From Camelus ferus (taxonomy: Eukaryota): 64,000 nt of DNA. Location: positions 2,916,001-2,980,000 of the forward strand of contig NC_045696.1 in NCBI RefSeq assembly GCF_009834535.1, in the 5' to 3' direction. A model generated the notes under the pieces. It saw nothing but the letters and a program-made list of their open reading frames with translations, was not told where the DNA came from and did not search any database. Of the stretch, positions 23,565 through 37,640 are shown piece by piece; positions within the stretch are counted from its first letter, which is position 1; every line of letters begins with the position of its first letter. The position numbers were made by a program, and so were the translations under genes.

Positions 23565-25039
23565 GCACACAAAGCATTTTTTAAAAACACAGATATCCCT
23601 TCAGAAAGGGGTGTCCTGCTTTGCAGGAGGGAAAATAACCCACGGTACTTGGGCCCAAAGAGACACTCTGAGGCCCTGAACACCGAGGGTGCATTTGTTT
23701 CCAAGGCTCTGTGTAGGGAGGGGTGCCCTGCCCCCCTCCAGGGAAGGCAGGGCTCACCTCTGCTCCACTTTTGCTCTGCTGGCACCTCCAGCCGAGGATG
23801 TTCTAGCCCAGGGCACAGTCACCGCAATTCACCGTTTATGGCCGTCATAAATAGACGTGCAGGAGGAGGCCATTTCCTACTGACGGGGGCACAGTACAGT
23901 GGTGTGATTAGCAGCGGCCTGGCCTCGCTCCTTAAAGGCACAGGCGCCCTCTCCATGGCCTGTGCTTCCGAGAAGTCACACCCGGCTGACTTGCAGTGCG
24001 ACTTTGCCTAGATGCTTTCGCCTCCTGTTAGACATTCTGCTGTGACAAAGAAAGCAAAGTGCACCGAAGGGCCCGGGCGACCACGTCTGACATCTGGGGA
24101 GTGTCTCGTAACTGTCTTGGCTGAGGACTTGCAGGGTCGCTGCAGACTCACGGCGCCGCGGAGGCAGGAACTGGATTGTTTCTTCCCTCCTTTGCTTTGG
24201 AGCTGGGGTTCGTGCTCTGCGTGGTTGGGTTTGATCTCAGATGTTTGGATACAGATCCTCCCTACACCCTCCCTCAGCTCCCTGGGCTTGGTTTTGGGGA
24301 AGAATGCATCTGAGCGAGTGCCTTCGACAGCTAGCAATGCAATTCTTCTTAATTATTTTAGAGATTGCAACAACCACGACCATCTTTGCTAGGTTTTCGG
24401 CACTGCTCTGGGCGGTTTGCAGAGGTCGACCATGTGGGCCTCCTAAGGACCAAAGTGGCTGCTGATGTGGAGAAAAAGCCTTGTCAGGACATGGCCAGAC
24501 CCATCCTGCTGACCCCAGGCATGTTCCCACACAGGGCTGCAAAGGTGGGCAGTGTTGCCCTGACCTCTCAGGGCAAAGATCTTCTGCACGAGGGCCTCCT
24601 CCCTGAGAACCGCCCCCACCTCCATGGGGTGAGAGGGGCCGTGCCCTATTGAGGGAGGAGGACGTGGGTGTGACAGTCTGTTGAGGATGCCCTCAGGGGA
24701 ATCTGAATTTGAGAACTGGCAGCTGACCGACTGCACGTGCTGGTGGGACTTTGTCCACGACGCGGTAACCTCGTCTGTTTCAGCAACGGGACGCCTTGTG
24801 GGAAAGTTTAATTATGGTAAGCCAAAGGGAGTCAACTCTGGTTCACGCGTCTGGGCTCTGGCAGGGTGTCAGATGACCCCACCAGACCGGCGTCAGGGAG
24901 AAGTCTGTCACGATAAATTCCTATCCAATAAGATGATCAATTACGATACAAACGACAGGAGGACGCTTGCGAAAGTCTATCAGAGACTGAGCCTTCTTTT
25001 GCAAACCAAGGGTTTTAGCTCCCTCTGTGGAAGTCAACA

Positions 25040-26500
25040 TGGTGCATGGCTGGAGAGGCTGCCCAAGGTAAATTAAAAATAAAAAATCCTAGATGACACA
25101 GAGGTTGAAATGAGCAGAACAAGCCTTTCATGCAGCAATTATAAGTAGGTCCAAAAACTAAAGAAAAAGATGTTAGTAAGTAGAAAGCAGATGGAGCATC
25201 TTAAGAGAGAAAACTACAAATAGTATTAGAATAAAATTATTGAACTTAAAAATATATCTGAAATACATTTATACAATGGACTACTACTCAGCCATAAAAA
25301 ATAATAAAATAATGCCATTTACAGCAACATGGATGGACCTGGAGATTGTCATTCTAAGTGAAGTAAGCCAGAAAGAGAAAGAAAAATACTATATGAGATC
25401 GCTTATATGTGGAATATAAAAAAAAAGACACAATGAACTTATTTACAAAACAGAAACAGACTCACAGACATAGAAAACAAACTTACGGTTACCAGGGGGT
25501 AAGGGGGTGGGAAGGGATAAATTGGGAGTTCGAGATTTGCAGATACTAACTACTATATATAAAATAGATAAGCAACAAGTGCATACTGTACAGCACAGGG
25601 AACCATATTCAATATCTTGTAGTAACTTACGGTGAAACAGTATATGAAAAGGAATATATGCATGTTCATGCATGACTGAAGCACTGTGCTGTGCACCAGA
25701 ATTGACACAACACTAAACTGACTATACTTCAGTAAAAATATACACATACCAAAAAAAAAATCTGAAATAAAAAAATTCATGGCTGGGCTTACAGCAATTT
25801 GGAAATTGAGGACAGATCATTAGAAATTACCCAATCTGAGGAGCAGAAAGAAAAAAAGATAAAGAAAAAACAGCAGAGCCAGCCACTGGAGGGACAACAG
25901 CAAACTTCTAACATACACGTACTTGTTCTCAGGGAGAAAGGAGGCAGAATGGCGCACGAAACAGATTAAATGCAGCAGCAGCAGGAAACTTCACAGGTTT
26001 GGTGAGAACAAATGTACGCAGCACGGAAGCTCAACGAGGAGCAGCACGCAGGGCGACAGAAGGAAGACCGCGGCGGGGCCGAAGCGCTGCAGCCCAGGAA
26101 CGAAGGGAAACACCTCGAAAGCGTCCGAGGCGGGTAGAGAGAGACACGTTCCGTGCCGGGGAACAATGACAAAGCAAAAGCCGACTTCTCATCAGAAACT
26201 GTGGGGAAAAAATATCAAACTCTGAAGGCATCATCCTGTACCCTAAAAACCGTACTTCAGAATGAAGGCAAGGTAAAGACAAGTTCAGAGAAGCAGGAAG
26301 CTGACGGAGTTAGTCAGCAGCAGTTCGGCGCTTTAAGAAACGGCAGAAGGGAAAAGAAGTTCTTCCGGCTGGAGGGACAACACGCCGCTCAGGAGTTGGC
26401 ATCTTCAGGAAAAAATAAAAAAGCGCCAGAAACAGCGAACAGGTGGGGAACTACAAAACCTGATCTGTAAGTTTCTTTTCATAATTTCTTCAAAACACAG
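25040..26500 (+). mobile_element. Old L1 ORF1-region remnant, interrupted by the younger L1 at 25266-25759
   Basis: agaaattacccaatctgaggagcagaaagaaaaaag; gacttctcatcagaaac; atcctgtaccc...aatgaaggcaaggtaaagac. Confidence 0.7.
25266..25759 (+). mobile_element. Younger 5'-truncated L1 3' end (camelid/artiodactyl type) with poly(A) and TSD
   Basis: tacaatggactactactcagccataaaa...atggacctggagattgtcattctaagtgaagtaagccaga...actgactatacttcagtaaaaa; TSD atctgaaata at 25256-25265 and 25760-25769. Confidence 0.92.
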
Positions 26501-26559
26501 CTGGCGGTTCGAAGTGGCGACGACGATGCGGCACCAGGCAGTGCCTTCGCCGCCTCCGC

Positions 26560-26830
26560 CTGCTCCAGCGGGCGCCGGCCGGGGCCTCGCCGCGGCGGCT
26601 GCGGCCTGCAGGCCCGAGGTCGCGGCGCCAGCAGACGGGCGTCGGGCGAGGGCCGCTTCCCGGCCAGAGATGGCCGTCTTCGCAGAGCAGGGGGCTGAGG
26701 GGTGCTCTGCGGCCTCTTTTATAAGGGCATTAATCCCATTCCTGACTCACCACCCGAAGTGCCACCACATTGCTGGTTAGGATGTCAACATTCGAACTCT
26801 GGGGGGGACCCAACACCCCGTGTATAGCCC
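26560..26830. mobile_element. MLT1A/MST-type LTR fragment, strongly GC-shifted
   Basis: gatggccgtcttc; cctcttttataagggcattaatcccatt; gttaggatgtcaacattcgaactctgggggggac match the recalled MLT1A consensus order. Confidence 0.75.
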
Positions 26831-26959
26831 AGATGTAGCGTGCACGGCAGCAAGGGCTCAGAGGTTGTGGGGGAGGGACTCTACTGCCGCAAAGTCCTTG
26901 CTTCTTATGCGAAGTGGCACGATATTAACTGTAAATAGACTAAAAAGTTAAGGATGATT

Positions 26960-27935
26960 TAAAAATGGGCCAGTGATCCAGAAAGACACTTCAAGAAAAG
27001 AAGATACAGCAAATAAACATCCGAAAAGATGCTTACTATTCCTAGGGAAACAGGAATTAAGACAGCAACGAGATACCACCACCCACCTGTCGGAACGGCA
27101 AAAACCCCAAACCCCGACGCCACCAAACGCTGGTGAGGACGGGGAGCACCAGGGGCTCTCGCTCAGTGCTGGTGGGAACACAAAATGCTGCAGCCAGTTT
27201 GGAAGATAGTTCCATGGTTTTTAAAAAAATTAAGTGTACAGTCCAGCAATTGCACTCCCGGGTATTTACCCAAAGAAGTTGAAAAGTTATGTCCACACAA
27301 AACCTTCACACAAACGCTCGCAGCAGCTTTGCTCACAATCGCCCAAACGCTGAAACACCCAAGACGCCCTGCGACAGGTGGGGGCTAAGCTACGGCACGT
27401 TCGTGCAGTGGAGCACTAACCAGCAAAGGAAAAGAGCTGTGAAGCCACAAAAAGGCACAGAGGAAACTTCAGTGCACCTAACTCAGTGAAGGAGACCAGT
27501 CTGAAAAGGCTACCCACTATGTGATTCCAACTTTGGACTTTCTGGAAAAGGCAAAACTGTGGAGATAGTAAAAAAGATCCGTGGTTGTAGGGGTTGGGCG
27601 AGAGGGATGGATGGACAGGTGGAGCTCAGAAGATTTTTAGGGCAGAGAATCTTCTCCTCCGGACAACCTTGTGGTGGTGGACACAAATCATCATGCATCT
27701 GTCAAAACCCACAGACTGTGTAACACAGAGAGTGAACACTGATGTAAACTATGGACTCTGCTTGATAACGATGCGTCCGTGTTGGTTTGCTGACCGTAAC
27801 AAACATAAATCTCAAATGGAGGATGTGGATGGTGGGAGAAGCTGCGTGTGTGGGGAGGGAACATGTGGGAACTCTCTGTGCTTTTCACTCAGTTTTGCTG
27901 TAAACCTAAAACTGCTCTAAAAAATAAAGTCTATA
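26960..27935 (+). mobile_element. L1MC1-like ORF2 end and 3' UTR
   Basis: aaaaatgggc...gacacttc; gtgaacactgatgtaaactatggact; tttgctgtaaacctaaaactgctctaaaaaataaagtctat terminus. Confidence 0.88.
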
Positions 27936-27939
27936 ACTT

Positions 27940-30860
27940 TAAAAAGGTTGCGGATGTACAGTGAAATACCTTTAACAGCCAACTAAGAGTAATGCTGCAA
28001 AGTGCAAATAAAGAGCCAACAGAAGGAACAAAATAGAACACAAAAACGGATCCAGTTAACCCAAGAGAAGGCAGAAGAGGAGGAGCTGGAGACCAAACCC
28101 AAGAAAAACCAAAGGGCAACGTGGCAGACCTACCCTCAAGCATATCAATAAACACATTACACATAAACAGATGCAGGAAGAAATAATGCCAGAGCTACAT
28201 AGAGTCTTCCAGAAAACAGAGAAGAAAGGAAACCTTCCAATATGTTTTATGAGGCCAGCATAACCTCACTAGCAAAACATGACAATAACATTCCAAGAAA
28301 AAAGTTACAAGCCAACATTCCATAGGCGCATGGACACAAAAATCCTTAACATATTATTAGGAAATAAACCTAGCAACATATAAGAAGGGAACACATCTCA
28401 CATCAGGGTAGAGGTCCTGTTAAATTTATTCCCAAGTATATCCCAGGAAGGCAAAGTTATTTTACATTTGAAAATCAGGCAGCATAATTCACTATCTTAA
28501 CAAAAAAGGAGAAAAATCACATGATTATCCCAGTAGATGCAGAAAAAACATGTGACAAAAATCTAACACCTATTTATGATTAAAAAAAAGGGTAGAAAAC
28601 TAGGAATAAAAGGAAACTTCTTCAATCTGTCTCAATAGATGCACAAAGAACATCTCATAAAACTTTACAGAAAACTTTTTCAAAGAACACTTTTGACAAA
28701 AATTTCTTAGCAAACTAAGAGAAGAAGGCAGCCCCAGCCTGATAAAGGGCATCGACAAAAAATCTGCAGCTCACGGCACGATCATCAGTGAAAAGGTACA
28801 TGTAGTTAGTTCCCCTAAAGGTGGGAGGTGGTAAGGATGCCTGCTCTTAATTTTATTTAATTGTATTGCAGGTTCAACCAGGGAAGCAAGACAAGGAAAA
28901 GAAATAAAACCCACTGGAATGTAAGAGGTAAAACTGGTGGGCAGGGGAGGGAGAGCTCAGTGGTAGAGCGTGTGCTCAGCAGGCATGAGGTCCTGAGCTC
29001 AACCCCCAGTCCCTCCATCAAACAAACAAACAATTCTAATTATCCCCCCCAAAAGAAGCAAAACGGCCTGTTATCAGAAGATGTGACTGTCTTTACAGAA
29101 AATCCTGAGATTCTGTAACTCCCAGAACTAATGAATGAATTAGTAAGCCATATCACAAGCTGCTATGTCCATACACAAATACCTGTTGTATTTTTATAAA
29201 CGAACGGCAAACAAATGGACAATTAAAAGAGCCCACTGACAACAGCACCAGAAAACAGCAAATGCTGAGGAACAGACTTAACAAAAGACACGCAGGGTCC
29301 CTATCCTGAGAGCTCAGCGCTGTGAGTGGAGGGGGGTATCGTGCTCATGGCTGGAAGACTCAGCATCGCAAAGAGCTTACTGTTTCCAAATGAATCTGTA
29401 CACTGACTGCAACCCCAGTCCAAGTCATAGAAGCCTTTTTGAAAGAAATGGACAAGTTGACTCTTTATTCTAAAATCTGTAGGGAGAAGAAAAGGACTCA
29501 TATAATAATAAATAATAAAAGGACCCAAAACAGGAAAAAAGTACAAATGTGTAAGACTCCCCGATTCCAAGCCCTAGGAATTAAGCCAGCGTGGTCTTGG
29601 TGCGAGGACAAACAGGTCAGTGAACCAAAGGAGGGAACCCAGAAAGGGACTGAGACACACAAAGAAAATTAATTTTCAACAAAGGTACCAAAGTGGTTCA
29701 ATGAGAAAGAAAAGTTCTTCCTAACAAGGGAGGCTGCAACAACTGGATACCTGCACTGGGGGGAAAAGAAAAGACTGCCAACCCCTACCTCACAACACAC
29801 ACAAAGTTAATTTGGAATGGATCACAGATTAAAATACAACAGCTATAACCCTCAGTTTCCTAAAAATGTATCTTTATGACCTTGGGGTAGAGAAAGGGTT
29901 CTTAAAGAAGACACAAAAAAGCACGAAACATAAAAAAACAAAAAAAAAACTTGTTCACTTAACTTCATGAAGTTAAAAGCTTCGCTCATCAAATGACCTC
30001 TTCAAGAAAATGAAAAAGGTGCGTCACAAACTGGGAAAAGATATTGGCTGTACTTACATCTGACAAACGAATTACATCCAGAATATACGGTTTCCCACAA
30101 ACCAGTGTTAAAAACGAACACAACAGTCTGAAAAATGAGAAAAATACTGGGAACAGGCACTTCACCAAGTAAGATACTCACGCATCCAATACGCTCAGGA
30201 AGACACGCGCAACAGTTACGTTATCTGAGAAGCACAAACTTAAAACATAATGAAATATAATTTTTACGCCTATTAGAATGTCTAAAATTTAAAAAGCTGA
30301 GAATGAATGACATCTGGGTCACTCAAAATTGCTGGCGGGAACGTAAAACGGTGAGTTCCCACCTCTAACAGTTCTGCGGTTTCTTATACACATCCAGTAT
30401 CATGAGAAGCAGCAACATCACCCCCACGCATTGCCCAACATAACTGACAGATACGTCTTCAGTGTGACCCGCACAGGATTTACGGTAGCTTAACCCCAAC
30501 CTGGAAATTGCCCCCAGTGTCCACTCACAGGAGAATTAACGGACCAGTTGTGCAGCGCTCACGAAACGGAACACCACCCAGTGATACAGAATAAACGACA
30601 CGCATGAATCTTAAAGACGTGATCCTGGGTGAGAGAACGCAGGCATGAGAGAGCACACGCTGTTCTCATGAAATTTAAGAACAGGAAAAAGCAATCGTGG
30701 TCAAGGGAGGCAGGACAGTGGTTTCTGACGGGAACTGACTTGAACCGACGCACAAGGAACTGCTCTGGGGTGAGGGAAATGTTCTTTGTCTTGACTGGGG
30801 GGTGGCCACCTGCATGAGCACTTTTATCTCAGTTCATCAAACGGAACACTTTTAGAGGGG
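27940..30860 (+). mobile_element. Old L1M ORF2 fragments through the 3' end
   Basis: ttttatgaggccagcataacc; aaaatcacatgattatcccagtagatgcagaaaaa; ggaagactcagcatcgcaaag; caacaactggatac; no intact ORF. Confidence 0.85.
28944..29054 (+). mobile_element. tRNA-derived SINE (Vic-1-like), nested in L1
   Basis: ggggagggagagctcagtggtagagcgtgtgctcagcaggcatgaggtcctgagctcaacccccagt...ctaattatccccccc. Confidence 0.9.
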
Positions 30861-30972
30861 ACCGGATGTACATGTGGGGTGCCTGCTTTTCACAAATGCC
30901 TAGGAGGCAGAGAGGAGAGTTTGAACGTTTGCCTCCTTGGAGTCACGTTCAGATGTCACCGTCTTCACTATG

Positions 30973-31110
30973 CAGCCAGTCCTCGACATGCACAGGGGTT
31001 TGGTTCTAAGACCGCCCCCACCGAGGGTACCAAAATCTGCAGATGCTCAGATCCCTTTGTCGGCCCCCCGCATCTGCGGATGTGGAACCCGGGGAATCCA
31101 TGCACCGACT
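30973..31110. mobile_element. MER2/Tigger-like DNA transposon relic
   Basis: ggggtttggttctaagacc...taccaaaatctgcagatgctcagatccct resembles the recalled MER2 terminus. Confidence 0.65.
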
Positions 31111-32059
31111 GCACGGCGTTCTGTAGTCATCGCGTGCAGGTTTGGTATTCGGGGCTGCGGTTTGCTGCCCACATCCCTGGCAGCGACGCGCTAATGGCTG
31201 CTGTGGTCGCCCAGACCACCCCAGGGGGAGGGTGACCACAAAGCTGAAGAAAACAGAAGTGGAGTAAGCCCCTCAGAGACTTCCCAGGAGAATGGGAGCT
31301 TTTCATTTTATACACCGCACCCGTTTTGTTTTTAAAATAATGAAAGCAAAGATGACTAAGGCTACGATCACAAAGATGTTGGCAATGAAACTGCTCTAAA
31401 AATAGACAATATCATTAAGAAGCCTTATCATTGCTCAGAAGCAACATGTTTGTGCTCAAATCTCAAGCACTCACTTGACTTGCAAGTGGAAATGAAGCCA
31501 GCACTCCACGGGTCGTCTCAGACCTTAGGGAGCACGCCTGTCCTGGTAAGTTCACCAGTTCCAGAGAGAGCGAGCTTCAGCCTGACTCAAACGTGCCCTC
31601 GAGGCCGTTTGAAATGATAGCTATCATTTAGCGAGCGCTCCCCAAGTGGCAGGCACTGTGCTAAGCGCAAATTACTTCATTTATCCTCCTAAGAACCACA
31701 CAGGTACATTTCCTAAATCCTATTTTGAAGGGAAATTGCTGTTTACGGTGGTCACCAGCTTTCCTGTGGCCATCGCACCCGCAAAGACGAGGGGAGAGCC
31801 ACTCCCCCGGCCCCGCTGGGTGCGGAAGCCCAGACTATCCGGCGCTCCTCGTCCGGCCCAGAGGACGGGTCTCGGGGCGTCAGCCCTCAGTGCTTGCGGT
31901 CGGTCCCACCTGGAGGAGCCCACGGCGGGGGGCTTGGGCCACACACATGCTCTCATCTCAGTCCCTCCTCCAAGGGGCTGTGCTCTGCACCCTTTTTAAA
32001 AATTTAAATAGTTTATCTAACCCAACTTGTCTCAGGACAGCTCATGTCGATGTGTATCA

Positions 32060-32500
32060 TTCACATGAAAGTTTGCCCACAAATGTTCACCGCAGCATCA
32101 GTCACACGAGCCAAAAAGCAGAAACCAGCCAAATGCCCGGGGGCTGATGTGGGCAAACCCAATGTGGCCATTCCACAGAATGGGACGCGTGCTAACCTTT
32201 GCTGCAACTCAGGGGGATCCTGAAAACACCAGGCTAAGTGAAAGAAGCCAGGCGCAAAAAGCCACAAATGCCACTATACGACATGCCCACGACGCGCACA
32301 CACAGACATGAGCGGTTGCCGGGGGAGGGGGGAGGGGATGGGAGTCACTGCTGAGCGCGACCGGGCTCCTTTCCGGGGGACAGAAACCCTCCGGCATTAG
32401 GCAGAGGTGACGGCTGCCCAAGAAAGTGAATACACTACAAACCAGTGCATGTGGGCACTTTAAAATTCTGGCTCTGACGCTAACTACGTCTCAGTAAGAG
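32060..32500 (+). mobile_element. L1MB-like 3' end
   Basis: caaatgttcaccgcagcatc; ctaagtgaaagaagccaggcgcaaaaagccaca; gtgaatacactacaaaccagtg. Confidence 0.8.
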
Positions 32501-35500
32501 ACCGCGCAACAGCAACACTGTTCCTGAGCTCCTTACTCTCCCTTTCTCCACCGGGTCTTCAAATGTCGCTGTGTGCTCTGCACCCGCAGCACACCTGCAC
32601 CTGGGCCGTGGCTGGCCTTTGGTCCCCGTGCTCCCCTCCTGGAGGCGTGTGTCCTGGGGGCAGCTCTGGGGTTCCGCCACTGAAGCGCCTTCCAGCTGTC
32701 TTGCTCTGTCCCGCGGAGATTTTAACTGCGACTCAGCCAGAGGGAGCCGCAGGCACTAATCAGGACCTGTCTTTTCTTACGCTTTGGGGCGCAGGTGTGG
32801 GTTCAGTTTCTGAGACCCCAGCAGAGGCAGCACTTGTAGCAAGATACAGATGGGCCCTTCTGGCCTGGCCTCCCAGGGCCCTGAGGCATAAGGACCCCTC
32901 TAAAATAGGGAGGGCGTCTGTAGCGGGCAGCGGGAGCCCCCCACCCCGGAGAACAAGAGCAGGTGTGCCCCGGGGACAGGGCTGCTTGTCCCCTGCTGGA
33001 GTTCTGGGCACCCTTCAATGCACAGCTGGCCCCCCGCCCCTCCAGGCCGGGCATCTGTCACTCTGACTGACAGAAGCAGAAGCACCCGGGCCGTGGGCAC
33101 CCCACGCATCTTCATGCCCACCTCTCATCATCCACCTTGAGAACAAGGACAAGGAAGCTGCTGGAAGCAGGTAGGCTTTGAGTCGCCACGACCCCTGACC
33201 AGAAGACAGGACAGGACAGCCACGCTCAGTGGAGCCGGGCAACGTGGGATGCAGCTGTGTGCCTCCCGACAGGCCGGCTGGCCCAGAGGCCAGCAGAAGT
33301 GCAGCCGGGCAGCGTGCTGGGTGATGAAAGGTGCATTATGGTCCTGGGGAGGCGGAGATGGAGGGGCCCAAGCAGGGTGGACCTCCCCACGGCAGGTGCC
33401 TCTGTCCTAAGGTGGAGGACACTCTCCATCATCAGGCCAAGTGGCTCGGGGCTGAGCACTGCTGTCACCGGAGGACTGTGGGAGAGCGTCAGGCTGCTTG
33501 GGACCCGCGGCTGCCGCAGGCCCTCCTGCCCGAGAACATGGGGTGTGCTCCCCTTTCAGTCCTGGCTCCGGCAAGGAGCGCTGGTGGCCTTTGGTCTAAA
33601 GGAGATGTGGCAGCCTTGACACAGTACGAGGAGCACACAGACCTGGGCCCCCGCCTGCCGTGCCTGGGGGGGCTCGGACCAGAGAGACCGGCCTACTCTC
33701 CAGGGGCCCCTCCTCCCCCTCTGGGCTCTGCTCACGGGGTCCGGTTCATTAACCATCACGACTCTAACGGTTACCTCCCGCGCAGGCTCCCAGCTGGCGG
33801 GGGCACGCCGGCAGGACAGCATCCTGGCTGGCGGCTGAACTCACGAATCCAATAATTAAGAAAAGCTCCCTGTTTGAGTTTGAGCTGCTCCAATCAAATA
33901 AAAATGATGGATGATGCGACGGTTCTCAAAAGAAACAGCACTGTCGTCATAAAGAAGAGGTTTTGTCATTGCTGCGGACTCTGTTTCATTCATAAAGGGG
34001 GAACAGTCTCTCCACATGATTGTCTCCCAGGATGAGGCAAAGAATGCTTTTCTGAAATGGCATTTGGGAGACACACGTCTTTCCTGTTGACGGGGGCCGT
34101 GTGCGCCCTGCGTTCGGGAGGCCGCGGCTGCTCCCCTGCCGACCCTGTGGGGGCTGTTTCTCGCCCCTAAGAAGGTCTGCAGCCCCCAGGGTCCGGGCCG
34201 GGCGCGGACAGGCCCACCCTCCTCTCCCACGAAGAGTCATGGTTTTCACAATCCTCTTCCCTTTACAGTTTCCTAATATTTAAATAGCAGAACAGCAAGC
34301 CCTGGGGGCATTTCTGCATCGCACACCCCACCAGAACCGGCCAGGGGCATTTACTGAAACGTGAGACTCAGGGGATCAGTGAGGAGGGCGGGGCCCCTGG
34401 GAGAGGCCGGGCCCTGGGCCCCCGCAGCTGCGTGGAAGTCTGGGCACAAGGCTCCCGCGGCCTCTGCTCATGTTCTTTTTCCTGCCATTGTGAACGTGGC
34501 CGGTCGGTGGAGGGGAAGTGGGGCTCCTTACAGGCCCTCACTCAGGGCTGCGTGGCCTGGACCAGTGCCTGAGCTGGGGCAGAGGCTGGGAGGCTCTGGG
34601 AGGCAAGGCGGGGCAGTGATGGATGGAGATGAAGAAAGAGAGAGATGAGGTAAAAAGTTCCTCAGGGCGGTTTCCAAAGGGCAGAGATGGAGATCTGCTT
34701 CCTTGCCCGTCTCAAGAAAGTTCAGGCCGTGGGGGTCTCTCTGACACCAACTCTGTCCCGATGCATTTGGAGAAAAGGGGCCACCACACACCCAGAGCCG
34801 AGGGAAGGCAGCGTTAGCCTGACCAGCCCTGTGCACAGAGCGAGGCCTGACCTTCCCTTTCTGGGGGAGGGGGAGGTCTGACGTTGTTGGGAAATGCAGT
34901 GCCTTTGGAGGAAACCCATTCCCTTGTCTGCACAGGGGAGGCATGGGGCCCGCGGGCTGGTTCAGGGGAACAGGACAGCCGGGAGCCTGGGGGGCCGTGC
35001 ACTCAGCTGCCTACTGCCCTGGAAGCGCCAAGCTGCCCCAGCCAGCAGCAAGGGACGCGGCTCTCCTGTCCTTGCAGCAGCAGTAGGTGCCATCCGACAG
35101 CTGTGTCCCAGCACCCGATGTGCGCGAGGCCCGCGGGGCCAGGCCTCCCGAGATTCTCGAGCAGTCCCGCCCCCAGGGCTGCCTTTGCCGCGGCTTCAGA
35201 ACCCGCACCGCCCCCCCCCCCCACGGCGCCGAGCCGCGAGCTGAGCACTTCTCCCCTTTCCTCCCGTCCTTGCGCCTTTGCTCACAACATGGCGACGCTG
35301 AGATACTCGCACGGCCCCCTGTGCTCTGAAGCGCAGTCTGTTATCCAACCTCTTCGTGGCTCCTAGGATCCCAGCTTTGGAGGGACTGTAGAGGTCCCCG
35401 CTCAGCCACCCACAGGTGGTCCCCACCCTTTGCCCCGGGCCCAGACAGCAGCTCTACTTTTGTTAAGTTCTGTTCCCTTAAGGAGTCCCAACCTGTCTCC

Positions 35501-37640
35501 CACTGGTTGTAGTTGGGCCCCCAAGTTACATTAAAAGCCTCTTTCTTCTTCCCCGAGACAATCTTGCGAACAAACCAACACACTGCCACGCCCCCGGGTC
35601 TTCCTCCCCTGAAGCTTATCCCTGGCGCAGCCTCCTGCTCAGCTTGCATGTTTTCCTTTGGTTCTCAAAGGGCTTCATGATTCTGGCCCCTCTGTTCTGA
35701 ATGGTGGCAAGTCGCCAGCGTCCTTCCCAGGGAATCCTGTCCCTGAGTGGGAGCCTCAGGGCTCAGTCCTGGGTCCCCCCGGGGTGAGCGCATCCAACAC
35801 CACCCATACTGCCAGCTCCTTGCTACAGCCCCAGCTCAGGGGGCGCTACCGGCTCCTCTAGGCACGTCGACCCGACACTGATGTCCAACAGGCAAACCAG
35901 GTCCTCCTCACCCTCAGCCCACACCCTCACAAGGCTGCTGTTCCACTCTTCCTGTGGCTCAGGCTGGACCCCGGAGGCTTTTCCCACATCCACCCAGTCA
36001 GGAAATAAGCTTGGTTCGTCCTTCGGAACATGCCAGAATCTGACCACTCTTACCACCTCCATCACCTGTCCCCACACAGGAATCACAGCAGTGACTCCTC
36101 AAGGACCTTCAAGGTCCCACATGACCTGACCCCGCAATGTTCCCCAACCTCATCTCCAAATGTCTGAGCTCCAAAGAGCCGGAGTGAGGAATTCTTGGTG
36201 GTCAGCAGGAATTCGGTGGAGACTCCACAGGGATGGCGCCTCAGCTGCAGGCTAGAACTCCCCCTGGAGCAGAGCTAAAAAAACCATCCTAGCAGAGCTA
36301 AAAAAAAAAGGTCTCGAAGGCATCAAACTGATCCGTACGTCACTTAACTGTCTGCCAGGACGGAGTCCACACTCTTTGATGCAAGAAAACAAAATCTAGA
36401 TGATTCACAACATAACGAAAAATGCAAACAAGGATCTATACAAAAACATGAAGAAAAAAATGCAATTGCTGAAAACAAAAATGACAACAGTGCATTATGG
36501 GGCTTAAAACATACACAGGAGTAAAACGTCCCAACTAAAGCACAAAGAATGAGGCTGGAGAAACAGAAGCACACTGTTCCTAGGGTCTTGCGTTACCGTG
36601 ACGCGGTGCGATGGAATTCAAAGGTGGACTGTGATGAGTCAATGATACGCACTGGAACCAAGAGCAGCCACAGAGAAATAAAAAGAAGTATAGCTCATAA
36701 ATCAAGCGTGGAGAACAATGGGATCAAAACGGGCTCGGCATCCGAAAGCTGTAGAGAGAGAGGAAAATACCAAAAAGAATAATGAGACAAACAGAAAGTG
36801 AGCAGCGAGGTAGTAGATTTAAACCCAACCATATCAGTAATGACGTTGAATGTAAACGGGTTAAAAACTTAATGAAAAAACTGCAATTTCCAGAACTAAC
36901 ACATGCTGCCTGTAAGAAATCCACTTCAAATATAAAGACATTAAGAGGAAAAGCCTGGAAACGGATAAAACCTAGGAGCGCTAAACATTAATAAGGCTGG
37001 AGTGGCTGTATTAATAGGAGGTAAAGAAGACTTTAAAAGCAGAATAGCACCAAGGGTAAAGGGCACATTTTCCTAAGAATAAAGGGGTTGATCCACCAAG
37101 AAGACACGAACAAGTATGTGGCCAGGAAGAGAAATTGCAAATACATGAAGCAAAAACAGAGGGAACTGAGAAATGAAAGAACACAGCCACGACACAGCTG
37201 GAGACCTCAATGTTCATCTTTCAGGCAGAGATAGAACAAGAGACAAAAAATAGGTAAAGATACAGAGAGCGTGCCCTGCACTATCAGCTTGCTCGACCTA
37301 ATCGCCATGTGTGGAATCGCACCCCCAGTTACAACAGCGCACATGCTTTTCAGGAGCGCACAGAGCAGCTACCAGTATGTATCATGCATCCTAATAAATC
37401 GACGAAGACTGAAGTTACACAGTCACGATGGGACGAACAGAAATAAACAACAGAAAGATAACTGGAAAATCCCCAAATATCTGAAAACTAAATAATAGAC
37501 TGCTAAGTAACAAATGGACCAGAAAAGGAGCCACAAGGTAAGTGAGAAAATATTTTAAGCTTAATAAAAATGAAAACACAACACATCGAAATTTGAGATA
37601 CAATAACGTATGCTTAGAGGAGAATCTCTAGCTTTAAATT

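Noticed and set aside
26514..26780. Ala/Pro-rich ORF resembling a CpG-island first exon
   Set aside because: Sequence is explained as a GC-shifted MLT1/MST LTR embedded in L1; no convincing splice structure.
28944..29054. tRNA gene-like A and B boxes (also in the other SINE copies)
   Set aside because: Followed by the family-specific tail and A-rich end, multi-copy and diverged: SINEs, not tRNA genes.
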